Positions 29,317 through 39,789 of a DNA stretch of 61,822 bases are shown here, piece by piece. Numbering within the stretch: position 1 is the first letter of the stretch; the number at the start of each line of letters is the position of its first letter. The translations under genes were made by a program, and so were the position numbers. The notes under the pieces were generated by a model. That model ran no database searches and was not told where the DNA came from. It saw only the letters and a list, made by a program, of their open reading frames with translations. The stretch comes from Candidatus Bathyarchaeia archaeon (lineage in GTDB: Archaea; Thermoproteota; Bathyarchaeia; Bathyarchaeales; Bathycorpusculaceae): the NCBI GenBank assembly GCA_050010755.1, contig JBEKKK010000006.1, positions 1-61,822 of the forward strand, given 5' to 3'.

Positions 29317-31557
29317 TCAGTTCTGAGTGCTTCTATGATTCCTGTGCTTATAAGTCTGAACAGGAACTCTGAGCATTGCTTTGTCGACCAGGCATTCTCT
29401 CAGGTAGTCGTCGAGAGTTGCGGCTGGCACAACTTCTATCGTGTAGTCGTTGACATCGATGGAATTCTCAAAGTTCTTCTGTGGAATAACCACCTTCTTG
29501 AAGCCCCAAGCTTCTGCAGCCTTTATTTTCTCGTTCACACCCCCCACAGCCGTCACATTGATAGAGTTTCCGACCCCTAGGTTGATTTCCCCCGTTACCG
29601 CTACGTCTTGTCTGACAGGTCTTCCTTCCACAAGCGAACACAGAAGTATGGTCATTGAGACTCCTGCCGATGGTCCGTCCACACCGTACGATTGGGCGAA
29701 GTCAATGTGGGTGAGGTAGTCCTGGGCTATGTCGGCTCCGTACTTTTGCAATATTACGCTTCTAACCTTGGCGATACTGTCTGAAATGAAACTTTGGCCC
29801 TTAGCCACTCCTGTGACCTTATAGTAACCCTTGAAAGAGTAAGTTCTTGGAAGTTCACTTCTCTTGACCATCTGAGCCTTCACGCTTAGTACACTGCCTG
29901 TCATTTCGCCACTGTAAGGATCTTTGACTACTGCCAAACCGTGGATTTGGCCCAGTTTGATTCCTTCCGGCTTGATTTCCAAAAGCTTGCCTCTTTCGTT
30001 CATGTCGTGCTCTAGCATTTGCCTCTGAATTGTCTTGCAATGTTGCCCCACGGCTTCCACTACGTGCCTTTTTTCAACACTTTTGCTGCCTTCATTGCTT
30101 GCAAGCGTTGAAGCGGTCTTTATTATTGAGATTAGGGTTCTGAAACGGGTTGTCAACGCGTCTTTCTTGTCGCTTTTACGTCTGCCTTCTTCAACTATTT
30201 CGAGGCATGCTTCTCGACTAAAGGGAGGCAGGTTGAATCGTTTTGCCTCTTGGGCAATGAACTGCACGTATCTGCGTCGGTTTTCTACCGTGTTGGGCAT
30301 GTCATTGTTCATTCTGACGACTTTGCCGTACCCATAGATCCTGTCCATCAATGCTGGGTGAAGCTGACCTATGCTGTCGAAGTTACCCGCGCCGACGAGG
30401 AATGTTATTGCAGGAACCGGTTGTGTTGAGACCGCCATGGCTGCTGTGTCGCTGCCGCCGAATCTGCTACGCAGAGTTATTGGCAGTTTTCCGTCCTCAA
30501 GCACGGTCAAGAGTGTCACAGCTTCTTCAGGGTCGAGGTTCTTTATCTCGTCGATATACAAAATGCCTAGAGAGGCGACGTGCACGTCTCCAGCGCTGAC
30601 TCTTTGGTGTTCGGGTGTTCCCAAGCCCCCTGTTTGGTATGGATCCCATGCGATTGACCCGAAGAGCTGGGCGCTCTTATGACCCGTGGCGTCTATGAAC
30701 GGCGCGTGGCCGGAGCTGTTATCAACGATGAGTTTCGGAACGTCTGTCTGTTGAGCCCCGCCGATGCCTTTCATGTTTCCCATACCTCCTATCTTCGAGA
30801 ACCACCAGAGGAAGACTCCGAAGAAGATTAGACTTCCACCAGGTATGAATGTTAAGGGTACGAGGCCTACGAACCTTTGTACGAGGAAATCTGAGAAACC
30901 ACTGTAGTTGCTACGAAGAGCGTCGCTCAGTCCTCCCCATATTTGCCAAGCTTGAAGCATAAAGTAGAATCCTAACCCTATTAGAAACACTCCAATCACT
31001 ATCAGGAACATTTGCAGAACCTTGAAACCCACTTTTGTGAGGAATTTTTTCTTGAGATCCCTAAGCTGTTCTTTCTGGATGACCTTCTTTCCTTCTCCTG
31101 CTTTGTGGATGGATATCTTGGGTTGGCTGGGTAGTACTGGGTTTTTCCAGCACACTGCATCGAATAGCTTTGTTCCGTTTTCTTTGTAGACTTGGGTGAG
31201 TTTTTCAGCCAGCGCTTTGCCTATGAGTGATTTACCGGTTCCAGGATCGCCTAGCAGGAGGAGGTAGGGCCCTGGACTGATTTTGACAGTCGGATCCGAT
31301 TCCGTCGAATTGCTCCAGTTTTCGTACCATTTGTTTTCTTCCAGCCATTTGAGTTTGCGCACCCATTCGTCCAAGCATAGAAAGCATTCTTTGAGAGCTT
31401 GGTCCTGTCCTATTGCCCAATTTATTAGATTGTCGTCAATTGGAAAGTCTTCGGTGCTCTTGAAGTCGCCCCAGTCCCATTGGACGCTCACTTTTCTTCC
31501 GTTAACGTTCCTTTCGAGCATTTCAACGTCGTTCCCGAAACCGTCAATAGCCAACAT
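29317..31557 (-). CDS. lonB: Archaeal membrane-anchored Lon protease (LonB type)
   Basis: GDPGTGKS, two TM helices inside the AAA domain, GGLGTPEHQRV, YIDEI, DGPSAG Ser and VGGVNEKI Lys dyad. Confidence 0.92.
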   Translation of the reverse strand: MLAIDGFGNDVEMLERNVNGRKVSVQWDWGDFKSTEDFPIDDNLINWAIGQDQALKECFLCLDEWVRKLKWLEENKWYENWSNSTESDPTVKISPGPYLLLLGDPGTGKSLIGKALAEKLTQVYKENGTKLFDAVCWKNPVLPSQPKISIHKAGEGKKVIQKEQLRDLKKKFLTKVGFKVLQMFLIVIGVFLIGLGFYFMLQAWQIWGGLSDALRSNYSGFSDFLVQRFVGLVPLTFIPGGSLIFFGVFLWWFSKIGGMGNMKGIGGAQQTDVPKLIVDNSSGHAPFIDATGHKSAQLFGSIAWDPYQTGGLGTPEHQRVSAGDVHVASLGILYIDEIKNLDPEEAVTLLTVLEDGKLPITLRSRFGGSDTAAMAVSTQPVPAITFLVGAGNFDSIGQLHPALMDRIYGYGKVVRMNNDMPNTVENRRRYVQFIAQEAKRFNLPPFSREACLEIVEEGRRKSDKKDALTTRFRTLISIIKTASTLASNEGSKSVEKRHVVEAVGQHCKTIQRQMLEHDMNERGKLLEIKPEGIKLGQIHGLAVVKDPYSGEMTGSVLSVKAQMVKRSELPRTYSFKGYYKVTGVAKGQSFISDSIAKVRSVILQKYGADIAQDYLTHIDFAQSYGVDGPSAGVSMTILLCSLVEGRPVRQDVAVTGEINLGVGNSINVTAVGGVNEKIKAAEAWGFKKVVIPQKNFENSIDVNDYTIEVVPAATLDDYLRECLVDKAMLRVPVQTYKHRNHRSTQN

Positions 31558-32207
31558 GCCACCTGCTGTGATCTTTCACTGTCAGATCACGTTCTGATTG
31601 AGAATTAAAGCGGTTATTTCAAAATCTGCAATATAGAGAAAACTGATAACAAACCCATTCGGAACACTGATGCGCAATTCTTGGCAGGTGTTTTGAACGA
31701 GCCTTCGATTCAACGTTCTTTGCGTTTGGCCTGTTTTATCAGCCTCTTTCTCTAAGAGTGATGCGTTTCGAACCTGTTCTTGTTCGAAGAATGTTCATTA
31801 AGAAAACATTATGTTTCTGATGTTCTGAGACAAAATCACAAAGCTCTATTCAGGCCCGAATTTCCAAAAGAAACCGTTTTTGGCTAGTTCTGCCAGGCTT
31901 TCGGGTATTGGGCATGGAGTTGGCCGCGGCCTTATAGAAAAACCGGCGAGAATCTCCATGCGAAAGCTGAGACCAATACTTCGGGGTTACTTCGAGCTTC
32001 TCTGGTCTTTCGTCCGAGGGACTATGAGACGCGTGTCAGTGCCAAGACATTTCTGGTTGGTCGGAGTAGACAAATGAATGTTAAGGCATGATTTTGCGTT
32101 TCTATGGGTCACGAAAATGGAGACATACTAGTTTTTGTGTGTTCCATAGGTGTCAAGTTTCTCTTTGTCGGGAGTGTCTACGCACGATAGCAGGTGAAGG
32201 GATACTC

Positions 32208-32227
32208 GTTGATGCTTCTGTATACGG
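32208..32227 (+). repeat. Dispersed intergenic 20-bp motif, copy 1 (variant)
   Basis: GTTGATGCTTCTGTATACGG, 2 mismatches to consensus. Confidence 0.8.
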
Positions 32228-32460
32228 TTCGGAAAGCTGGTTTTGAGGTCTCACCGAGATTTTGCGTTTGGTACCACGGAGCTGAACATGCTTTTTTCTT
32301 GACGGTTTTCCATGAGTGCAGCAAGTTGCACTGTCTACTGTAGGCTATAAGGCCAATGTTTTCGCACTTCTCAGATGCAGATTTTACTGTTTGGTGACCA
32401 CAGTTGTATAGGTATTACTTGCATTTTCTACGTTTCACCAGCCTCTCCTGAGACGAAGGG

Positions 32461-32480
32461 CTGTATACAAGAGCATCAAC
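32461..32480 (-). repeat. Dispersed intergenic 20-bp motif, copy 2 (inverted)
   Basis: CTGTATACAAGAGCATCAAC is the reverse complement of the consensus with 1 mismatch. Confidence 0.85.
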
Positions 32481-32558
32481 GGAAGTTCCCAGTTCTGAGT
32501 TCTTCGACAGTCAGCGAGGCTGAAAAGTATTAAAGTGGTCTTGAACTAATTCTGGCTT

Positions 32559-33107
32559 ATGAAAACTGGACAAATTTTGAAAGAGTTTTTTATCAAGGGC
32601 GGAGACAAAGTGGTTTTGAGAACCCCTAGGTGGGAGGACTTGGATGATCTGCTGGAGCTTATCAACTCGATCATCGACGAGGGGGCCGAGATAGGCAGGA
32701 ATGAGAAGGTTTCGAGGGAGGATGAAATAGATTGGCTCTCGGGGCTACTGGCTCGGTTGGAGAGACGTAAAACCTTTTTCATAATAGCCGAGGTCAAAGG
32801 CAGAATCATCGCGTCTTCAGATATCAACCGGCAGATTGGGTTTCAGAAGCATGTCGGGGTAGTTGGCATAGTCATTAAGAAGGATTTCAGAGAGCTAGGC
32901 ATCGGAACTGCGATCATGCGCGTCTTGATTGAGCAGGCCGAAAAGATGGGCTTAAAGATTTTGACTCTTACAGCCTTCGCAAGCAACAAGCGAGCGATAC
33001 ACGTCTATGAGAAGGTGGGATTCACGCAAACCGGCCTGATTCCGAAGAAGCATTTGAAGCAGGGCAAATACATTGATGAAGTGATAATGACAAAGCTGTT
33101 GGAGTGA
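32559..33107 (+). CDS. GNAT family N-acetyltransferase
   Basis: GIVIKKDFRELGIG, NKRAIHVYEKVGF. Confidence 0.9.
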   Translation: MKTGQILKEFFIKGGDKVVLRTPRWEDLDDLLELINSIIDEGAEIGRNEKVSREDEIDWLSGLLARLERRKTFFIIAEVKGRIIASSDINRQIGFQKHVGVVGIVIKKDFRELGIGTAIMRVLIEQAEKMGLKILTLTAFASNKRAIHVYEKVGFTQTGLIPKKHLKQGKYIDEVIMTKLLE

Positions 33108-33114
33108 AGCAGCC

Positions 33115-33531
33115 ATGGCAGACTTTAAGGTTTTCAACATGAACATCAGCTTTGCCACAAAGGGAGAGATAGAATTCATAGATTTGACTGACAAAATTCA
33201 AGCAGCGGTTGTAAAATCACGAATCCAGAACGGAATCGTCCACGTGTTTGCGCCACACGCCACTGGAGTTATTATATTGACAGAAAACGAACCAAGCTTG
33301 CTGGAAGACATCAGAAAATTCCTAGAGACAACAGTTCCAAAGAACGCGAACTATGCTCACCCATCCAACGCACATTCACACTTGAGATCGATTCTGCTAC
33401 CTCCAGATAAAACGCTCCCAATCGTTGATGGTCGCGTCGAGTTTGGAACCTGGCAATCGCTGATGTTCGTAGAAACCGATGTCTACCCAAGGAGACGGAC
33501 AGTGACCGTTCAAATCATGGGCGAACCTTAG
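33115..33531 (+). CDS. yjbQ: YjbQ family (UPF0047) protein
   Basis: PHATG, ENEP, NAHSHLRS, FGTWQS. Confidence 0.9.
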   Translation: MADFKVFNMNISFATKGEIEFIDLTDKIQAAVVKSRIQNGIVHVFAPHATGVIILTENEPSLLEDIRKFLETTVPKNANYAHPSNAHSHLRSILLPPDKTLPIVDGRVEFGTWQSLMFVETDVYPRRRTVTVQIMGEP

Positions 33532-34687
33532 ATGGGCTCGAGGAGCAAATACGAGAAGGATACCTTAAACTGAGTCGGAGCTTTCCGGACCATTGATATC
33601 TGGCTTTTGTTCTCCGAAGAATTGGCTTTCAGTCAAAGTTCCGCCAGGCAGTTTTCGATTTGAGGTATTCACAGCGTCTGGAAAGAATGAAACGGTTTGG
33701 TCAAAGTTTTTTGACAGTTATCAGTCAAACCTCAAAATCTTCCAACGTCCTTTTAAGCATCGCCCTTTCTGAGGAACTTTTCTTTCAGGCATCTCTTGCT
33801 TCGTTCAGATCTTGTTCCTGGAAGTTTTTCCTTCATGGTCGAGTTGACAATTTTGCTGCATTTCGCTACTTACATTTGACGGTTATTTGATTCTTTTTAG
33901 CAAGTTTTGTGTATTCGGTGACTTTCGAGCCTTTTGAATCCGCTATACCCACGTGGTACTTTCGTGCGAGATACGATCGTGACCTTCGAAAATCATTCTT
34001 TGGACCAGCTCGTAACAGAAAAGATGCCGTCAGTAGTGCTGAAATTAAGAAAAGATATGAATGCTAGTTGTAGGAGCCCACATGTTCATAAGCTTCGAGA
34101 ACTTTCGGTGCGATTTGAGCCTTAAGCGTAAGTCTGTCGTTTTCTTCTGACTCCCAATGCAGTTTGCCTTTTACATTACTAATCTCAAGCTTTGCCTCTA
34201 AGGAACCGTAGAGGCTGAATGACGGAATGGCCTCTAGAAAGTGTCGTTCAAATCGTGTTGAGTCTTGAACCCGCAGAAATGTTAAAGACAGATTCTCCCC
34301 GTGTCAAGAGCAATGATTTACATCAGAGCCCCTTTTTCAGCAACAGAAAATCCAGCAGTTTTCAGAAAAACCGCCATGATCCGCTATGTCTTGGCTGCTC
34401 TCAATCCATCATAGCTAATCTGAGGCGTGGCGTTCTTGTCTTGATTTTTTGGCTTTCCTTGGCTGGAACCCTTCCTTTTGCTTAAGGGACAAACGGCGAT
34501 ACTTCTTTGCCTTTCAAGCTCGAACTCAACATCCTCGATTTAACAATTGTGTTCAATTGCATTGTGCGGAATTTCAAATTTGAGTGCTTTCTATCAATTT
34601 TTCTCGAATCCACGTTTGTTCGAGCGATTAAGGTGGGAATGTTTTGGTTTTTAATGATGTTTTTAGAAAACAGCGTCGTTAAAAAGG

Positions 34688-35890
34688 TTAATCGCCCATG
34701 GAGTTCCTCATTGCCATGGTGAATTGAAGCTCTTGAATTGTCTTGTATGGGTCTGCGGGCTGTGATTGTCTTGGTCTTTTTATACTTCGCCAGTGCTTCG
34801 AAATCGCAGGTGCCGCGAAATCTGGTTGGTTTCTTTGCTGAGCTGCTTTCTTTTCCTTGTTGTTTCCCAATAGTAGTCCGATGCCTGCCCATTGAAAAAC
34901 AAAATAGGACACTATTAGTTTGAACCAGAGGGTTACTACTCTCGTTAGCAGGGTGGCCCAGATGCTAATGGCAGCGGGGATGCCAAGCACTGTGTAAGAG
35001 CCGCTCACTATCACTTCAGTGAAGCCCAGGAAGGACACTCCAAAGGCTTGCAGGCTTCCCGTAAGGGCATACACGATGAGGACTTTGTCAAGTGGCGCCG
35101 CATACCCCAGCGAAGCAAAGGTTAAGAAAGTTATTGAGATGTCAAAACCCCAGGCGAGAAGGGATAGTGAAATCGGCCGAATTAGGGCCTTGCGATTGGA
35201 GCCTAAGGTATGTATTCCTTCATGGAATCTTTTCAACAGTTGTTCCGCTTTGTTCCGGAAGTCTTGAGGGTCCCAGTGATCTCGCAGTATGAAACATCCG
35301 ATGCGAATTATCCAGCCAAGTATCCTTGCTGTTGCCTTCTCGTTAGCGCTCAGGTACAGGATCATGGAGAATGCAAAGATTGTTAGGAGCAATACGACGG
35401 TCACGAACAGGAGAACAATGCTTGAAGGATTGTAGTTGAACGTGAGGAGGGCTAAACCGAAAATCAGACTGCCCATCGTTACCGCGGTCACGATGACTTT
35501 CTGACTTACGACTGAGGCCATGATTCTTCCGGGTTCTTGGCCAGAAGACTTTGACAGCATATAGGCTTTTGTAATATCTCCGCTCCAGCCTGGATCTGGA
35601 ACGACGCTGTCGAAAAACATGCCCGCCCAAGAAAACAGCAGGGCTTCGCGAATCTTGGTCTTGATGTCGAGGTTGAATAGTAGACTTCGCCAGGCCATGG
35701 TGTAGAACAACGCGCTTGCTAAGAAGGCAAGGAAGGCCGAGGTGTACAAGAGATAGTTTGTGTGTTTGATTGCGTCGGAAACGTTTACGGTGCCTATGAA
35801 ATAGTATAGGTAGATAGCAAGCACTGCAAGTCCGACGACGACGAATACCAGAACTCTTTTCGTAAGCCGGGGCTTGGGAGTTTCAGGCAT
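34688..35890 (-). CDS. Flippase-like lysylphosphatidylglycerol synthase TM (UPF0104) membrane protein
   Basis: About 8 TM segments, W-SGDITKAY, GFTE, LLTRVVTLWF; ATG at 35890. Confidence 0.8.
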   Translation of the reverse strand: MPETPKPRLTKRVLVFVVVGLAVLAIYLYYFIGTVNVSDAIKHTNYLLYTSAFLAFLASALFYTMAWRSLLFNLDIKTKIREALLFSWAGMFFDSVVPDPGWSGDITKAYMLSKSSGQEPGRIMASVVSQKVIVTAVTMGSLIFGLALLTFNYNPSSIVLLFVTVVLLLTIFAFSMILYLSANEKATARILGWIIRIGCFILRDHWDPQDFRNKAEQLLKRFHEGIHTLGSNRKALIRPISLSLLAWGFDISITFLTFASLGYAAPLDKVLIVYALTGSLQAFGVSFLGFTEVIVSGSYTVLGIPAAISIWATLLTRVVTLWFKLIVSYFVFQWAGIGLLLGNNKEKKAAQQRNQPDFAAPAISKHWRSIKRPRQSQPADPYKTIQELQFTMAMRNSMGD

Positions 35891-36203
35891 TGAGCCGTTT
35901 CCTCTATGCTGGTGAAGGCTGAAAACAGTTAAATGCTTATTGCTGTTCGCCGCCAAATCTGCGAAGTTTGTAATCTGGTCGTGCACTTTACCGGGTGCGG
36001 ATGTCAGGTCGTTGCAGCGCGAGACGGATTCTCAGGATGTTGATTTTCTTGGTTTCGGACTCGACTTGCCTGAAAAGCCTACTTTGAAAAGTGTCATGAT
36101 GTTTCTTCGAGTTAAAATCTTGCCTAGTTTCTTTTCTTTTGAACCGTTGTGGGGCGTGTGTTTTTTATATACTGAAATACAATGTTGGTGTGTTCGTGTC
36201 CGT

Positions 36204-36659
36204 ATGAGCGAGGATGTGTTTGAGAAGCCATTGGTGATGAAGGATTTCTTGAAAGGGAAGAGAAAAGAGAGAACCAAGAAACCTGAGAAACCTAAGCTTT
36301 ACACGAAGGTCAAGAGAGTGCCCGAATCCAGGAGTCAGAAGCGAGGCAGTAAGTATATGGAACTGGTTAGTGCGATAGCGAGGGAGAAAGAAGGAACTTA
36401 CAAGGTGTTGCTGAGCTCCATTAAGGCGGACTTGACATCCAAGAGTGCACGGCCTTCAATCGAAAAAGTGCTGGTTCAAATTGCCAAGCGTGATGGGGTC
36501 GATTTTGGCATTGCGATTAGAAGGATGGTTCAGACGAAGCATGGACCGAGGACCATTGTTTCATATCCCGAGTACCTTAAGTGGAAAGAGAACAATCTGA
36601 AGCTGAGAGCAGTGAACGGAGAACTTTTCATAGAGAAGAAGACGGACAGACCTCTCTGA
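36204..36659 (+). CDS. Basic hypothetical protein
   Basis: Lys/Arg-rich ORF from ATG 36204 (RGSKYMELV); TTTATATA upstream. Confidence 0.65.
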   Translation: MSEDVFEKPLVMKDFLKGKRKERTKKPEKPKLYTKVKRVPESRSQKRGSKYMELVSAIAREKEGTYKVLLSSIKADLTSKSARPSIEKVLVQIAKRDGVDFGIAIRRMVQTKHGPRTIVSYPEYLKWKENNLKLRAVNGELFIEKKTDRPL

Positions 36660-36835
36660 GCTACTGCGGCTCTGCCAGTTAGAACTACGAGTGCGCGGCC
36701 GAGTTTTACAAACACTTTCAATTCCCATTGTTTGAGATTTCTCAGTGGATATTGTCGAAACCTCGGTGGCCATCTGGAATTATTTTGGCTTGTCCCCTTC
36801 AGAGGTCTGACGGCATAAGGCTTTGGCGCGTGAAA

Positions 36836-38239
36836 TCAGTGTGGAAGCAGAACTACGCCCGTTCCTGGCAATGGAGATTGGGCAGAGGCGTAGATTGCTA
36901 GGGCTGTGCTCCAGAAAACGTCGTCGTGGCCGCCTTCGGGGTGGCTGAACCTGAGGTGTCCTGTTTTCATGAGTTCGCATTTTTCGATGTTTAACTCTGC
37001 TGTTAGGTTGATGTCTTCGAGCTTGCGGGTGGGAATGTAGGGAATCTTTACTTCGCCCTGGCGCATCTTTTCGCGGAGTATTGTTGCCATTTCTTCTTTG
37101 GACTGGATGGTGAAGGTTATGCCGGTTACGTTGTGGATTCCGCTGCGAGTCATGTCTTCGACTATGTAGTTTCCGACGCCTGTGACATCGGCGTAGATGG
37201 CTCGGATTTCTTGCCAGCGGTCCGTGAGACTTTTCATGTAGCCTATGACGCTTGCGTACTCGGTCTTTAGGGGGAAGCGGTGGGCGTGCACTATTTTTAG
37301 GGTTGATGCAGACTTTTCAGCAAGTAGGACGACGCTGTAGTCCATTTCTTTTCCGAAGTCGACGCCTGCGTAGAACTCTCCTTTAGGCTGGTCCTGAAAG
37401 TCGTAGAGCTGCAAGTTGCTGTCGATGCTTTGCACGATGAGGCTCTGGGAGAGCCAGGCGTCGATGTCTTCGACGAATTCGGCCATGAATTCTCGTTGGA
37501 AATATTCTGTGGGGAGCTGAGAGCGCATGTTGTCGATGAAGCTTTGCTTGATGAGGCCGGCTTGTTTTACTTGTTCGCATGTGACGACGTGTGAGCTGAA
37601 ATCCGGGTTCTGGCACATGTGGTAGAAGACGCTGTCCTTGTTCCATGGTGTGCTGATGGCGATTAGTGTGCCGTCCGTGGTGCTTAGCATGGGATAGAGC
37701 ACGTTGTAGAATACGAGTTCGTCGTCTTTGAAGAAGTTGGCTTCGTCTGCAATCGCCTGGTTTGCCGTGTATCCTCTCAGTAGCTGAGGGTTGTTGGGTA
37801 GGGCTACGATGCGGCTGCCGTTTCTGAAGCGGATAACGGTTCTCTGCATCTTTTCAATCAGTCCCAGTCGACAGTGCTCGTCCATGTTCAGTAGAAAATC
37901 TTGAATGCGATCGCGCATTATCATGCTCTGCCTGAGCGATGGTGCTACGATGAGCGTTAACGTTCCTGGATATGTGACGGCGTACCAGATTGCTCGGGAG
38001 GCTATGCAGGTTGTTTTTCCGGCTTGTCTGCTCCATCGGACGGCGATGCGTTTGCTGTTGTCCCTTAGGAGTTTCGCCTGGTATTCGTAGGGTTTGAAGT
38101 TGAAGAGTTGCTGAGCGAATTCCACGGGGTCTTTAGGCAGGCTGGGTGGGTTCTTTGCTTGCAGTGTTCTCTGTCTTAGCATGTTCCTTTTCTTTCTCAA
38201 GCGTTTCAGTTTCTCGCTCAAGTTCCTCCACTTCCGCAT
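36836..38239 (-). CDS. Terminase large subunit (Caudoviricetes-type)
   Basis: YQ Q-motif, SRQAGKTT Walker A, IADEANF Walker B, ISTP, QREFMAEF, GVDFG, DVTGVG, GHDD nuclease residues. Confidence 0.9.
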   Translation of the reverse strand: MRKWRNLSEKLKRLRKKRNMLRQRTLQAKNPPSLPKDPVEFAQQLFNFKPYEYQAKLLRDNSKRIAVRWSRQAGKTTCIASRAIWYAVTYPGTLTLIVAPSLRQSMIMRDRIQDFLLNMDEHCRLGLIEKMQRTVIRFRNGSRIVALPNNPQLLRGYTANQAIADEANFFKDDELVFYNVLYPMLSTTDGTLIAISTPWNKDSVFYHMCQNPDFSSHVVTCEQVKQAGLIKQSFIDNMRSQLPTEYFQREFMAEFVEDIDAWLSQSLIVQSIDSNLQLYDFQDQPKGEFYAGVDFGKEMDYSVVLLAEKSASTLKIVHAHRFPLKTEYASVIGYMKSLTDRWQEIRAIYADVTGVGNYIVEDMTRSGIHNVTGITFTIQSKEEMATILREKMRQGEVKIPYIPTRKLEDINLTAELNIEKCELMKTGHLRFSHPEGGHDDVFWSTALAIYASAQSPLPGTGVVLLPH

Positions 38240-38453
38240 CTCTGACCATGGTGTAGCTTGTTCTGATTAACTCGGTGAATACTTGCATTGCTCTGAGGCG
38301 AACGCTCGTCTTTGTTCTGTTGCTGTTGATCATTTTCATCAGCCGCTTGGCCAAATCGTCAAGCGTTGCGACTAGTTCTTCTCTCTTCTCTTTTGGGGCG
38401 ATGACGAACCTACGGTGATTTAGGCAGACGTGTAGAGTGAGTTTGGATGGCAT
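38133..38453 (-). CDS. Putative terminase small subunit
   Basis: 106-aa helical/coiled-coil ORF immediately upstream of and overlapping TerL; call is positional. Confidence 0.55.
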   Translation of the reverse strand: MPSKLTLHVCLNHRRFVIAPKEKREELVATLDDLAKRLMKMINSNRTKTSVRLRAMQVFTELIRTSYTMVRDAEVEELERETETLEKEKEHAKTENTASKEPTQPA

Positions 38454-38734
38454 TATGAGTGACTTTCGAGTGTGACCACAGCCTGCGCCGCGGTTTGTTC
38501 GCAAAATACGACCTGCTTCAAGCTGGGTTCTGGAAAAAAAATTTTCGCCATCGAAAACTTCATGGGCTGGAGAGTCTCTGTGCTCGGTCAAACTCGGTGC
38601 TCTCATTGGAGCTTTCCCGGATTCTCTTCTATTGACCATTTTGTTACCACTTCAACCGTTTATTGGTCGTGGAACGCTGACCACAGCCATGTTTATATGC
38701 CTTATTTGACAGAAATATACGGCTAGAGAGAAAT

Positions 38735-39487
38735 ATGTTGCCCTTGAACAGGAAAGAAGAGACTAGCAACGGGAAGATAATGAGAGCACTCGGAGAAGAA
38801 GCGCCTCTAACCGTTTACGCAATTGCGAGAAAAAGCGGCGTCGCAGTGTCATTCGTGCATAAGGTTGTGAAGCAGCCCAAGGTGGGCATGGAGGCTCAGA
38901 ACATCATGAAGGCTCTTTCGGCAAGCACCTGGCGGACGGGGCTAGAACGTGTTGAATATGTCTTGACGTTTCGCGGGCTGATGGAATACTTCAATCTAAC
39001 GTTTGCAGAGGGAAAAACAAAAGCAACACAAGGGATAAAAAAGACTATCAAGAAATACAGACAATTCTACGACTATCCTATTTTCACAGAAATAGACTAT
39101 CTCGAAGCTTGGCTAGGTTTGAAAGTGTACGATTTCATTTGCTCAACTGCCTGGATGGTAAAAAATCACCCTCCGTCCATCCCTATACTCACCCCAACCG
39201 CCTCAGGACCGCTCCCCACTATTATTCAAAGTGTTATGGAAAGGAGGCCAGGCCTTTCACTTCAAACGGAAGAAAGAATACTGATGCACGCCTTCACTCT
39301 AGTATTCTTTGACCTAGCAACTCTGGCGTCTCAAGAAGAGAAAACGGGCATCACGCCAAACAAGGCCTTGTACAAGCTGGTTGATGAAACATACACAGAG
39401 TTAAGGAAAGCCTTGGAGCAACGCCTAAGGGACGTTGCAGAAATCGAGGATGAACTGAAAAAAAGGTTTGACACCCAACTTTGCTAA
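38735..39487 (+). CDS. Winged-HTH domain hypothetical protein
   Basis: LTVYAIARKSGVAVSFVHKVVK helix-turn-helix, YVLTFRG wing. Confidence 0.7.
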   Translation: MLPLNRKEETSNGKIMRALGEEAPLTVYAIARKSGVAVSFVHKVVKQPKVGMEAQNIMKALSASTWRTGLERVEYVLTFRGLMEYFNLTFAEGKTKATQGIKKTIKKYRQFYDYPIFTEIDYLEAWLGLKVYDFICSTAWMVKNHPPSIPILTPTASGPLPTIIQSVMERRPGLSLQTEERILMHAFTLVFFDLATLASQEEKTGITPNKALYKLVDETYTELRKALEQRLRDVAEIEDELKKRFDTQLC

Positions 39488-39489
39488 CA

Positions 39490-39686
39490 TACCTTGGGGA
39501 CAAGAAAAGCGAGAATACACTGCTAAAGTTCAGCTATACCCAAAGCTTTTCAAAGACATTTGCAACAGCTTTATCACTCCAACAGCCCACAACGCTCAAG
39601 AAGCACATGGACTTATGGAGGCAGGCTTCGACTACTTCACTGGCTAATACTGTGGCGGCGAGAAAATGTTCCGCAAACAAGAATAG
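39490..39686 (+). pseudogene. Degenerate C-terminal fragment of a tyrosine integrase
   Basis: YLGDKKSENTLL, then frameshift near 39526, then VQLYPKLFKD...AHNAQEAHGLMEAGFDYFTG*YCGGEKMFRKQE; resembles LGH..I.NT..Y plus EAGFEY...KIFRK tails I recall from Bathyarchaeia integrases. Confidence 0.6.
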
Positions 39687-39789
39687 GCAGGTGTGAGACA
39701 ATCGTTCAGACAATAAATGCCCTGAGAGTGCAGACGATCGCGCCAATTGCTTAAAGAACTTATGCAATCATCTAAAAGAACGTGAAGGT

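Noticed and set aside
31770-31830. TGTTC repeats upstream of lonB as a heat-shock operator
   Set aside because: Short, irregularly spaced and compatible with chance in AT-rich DNA.
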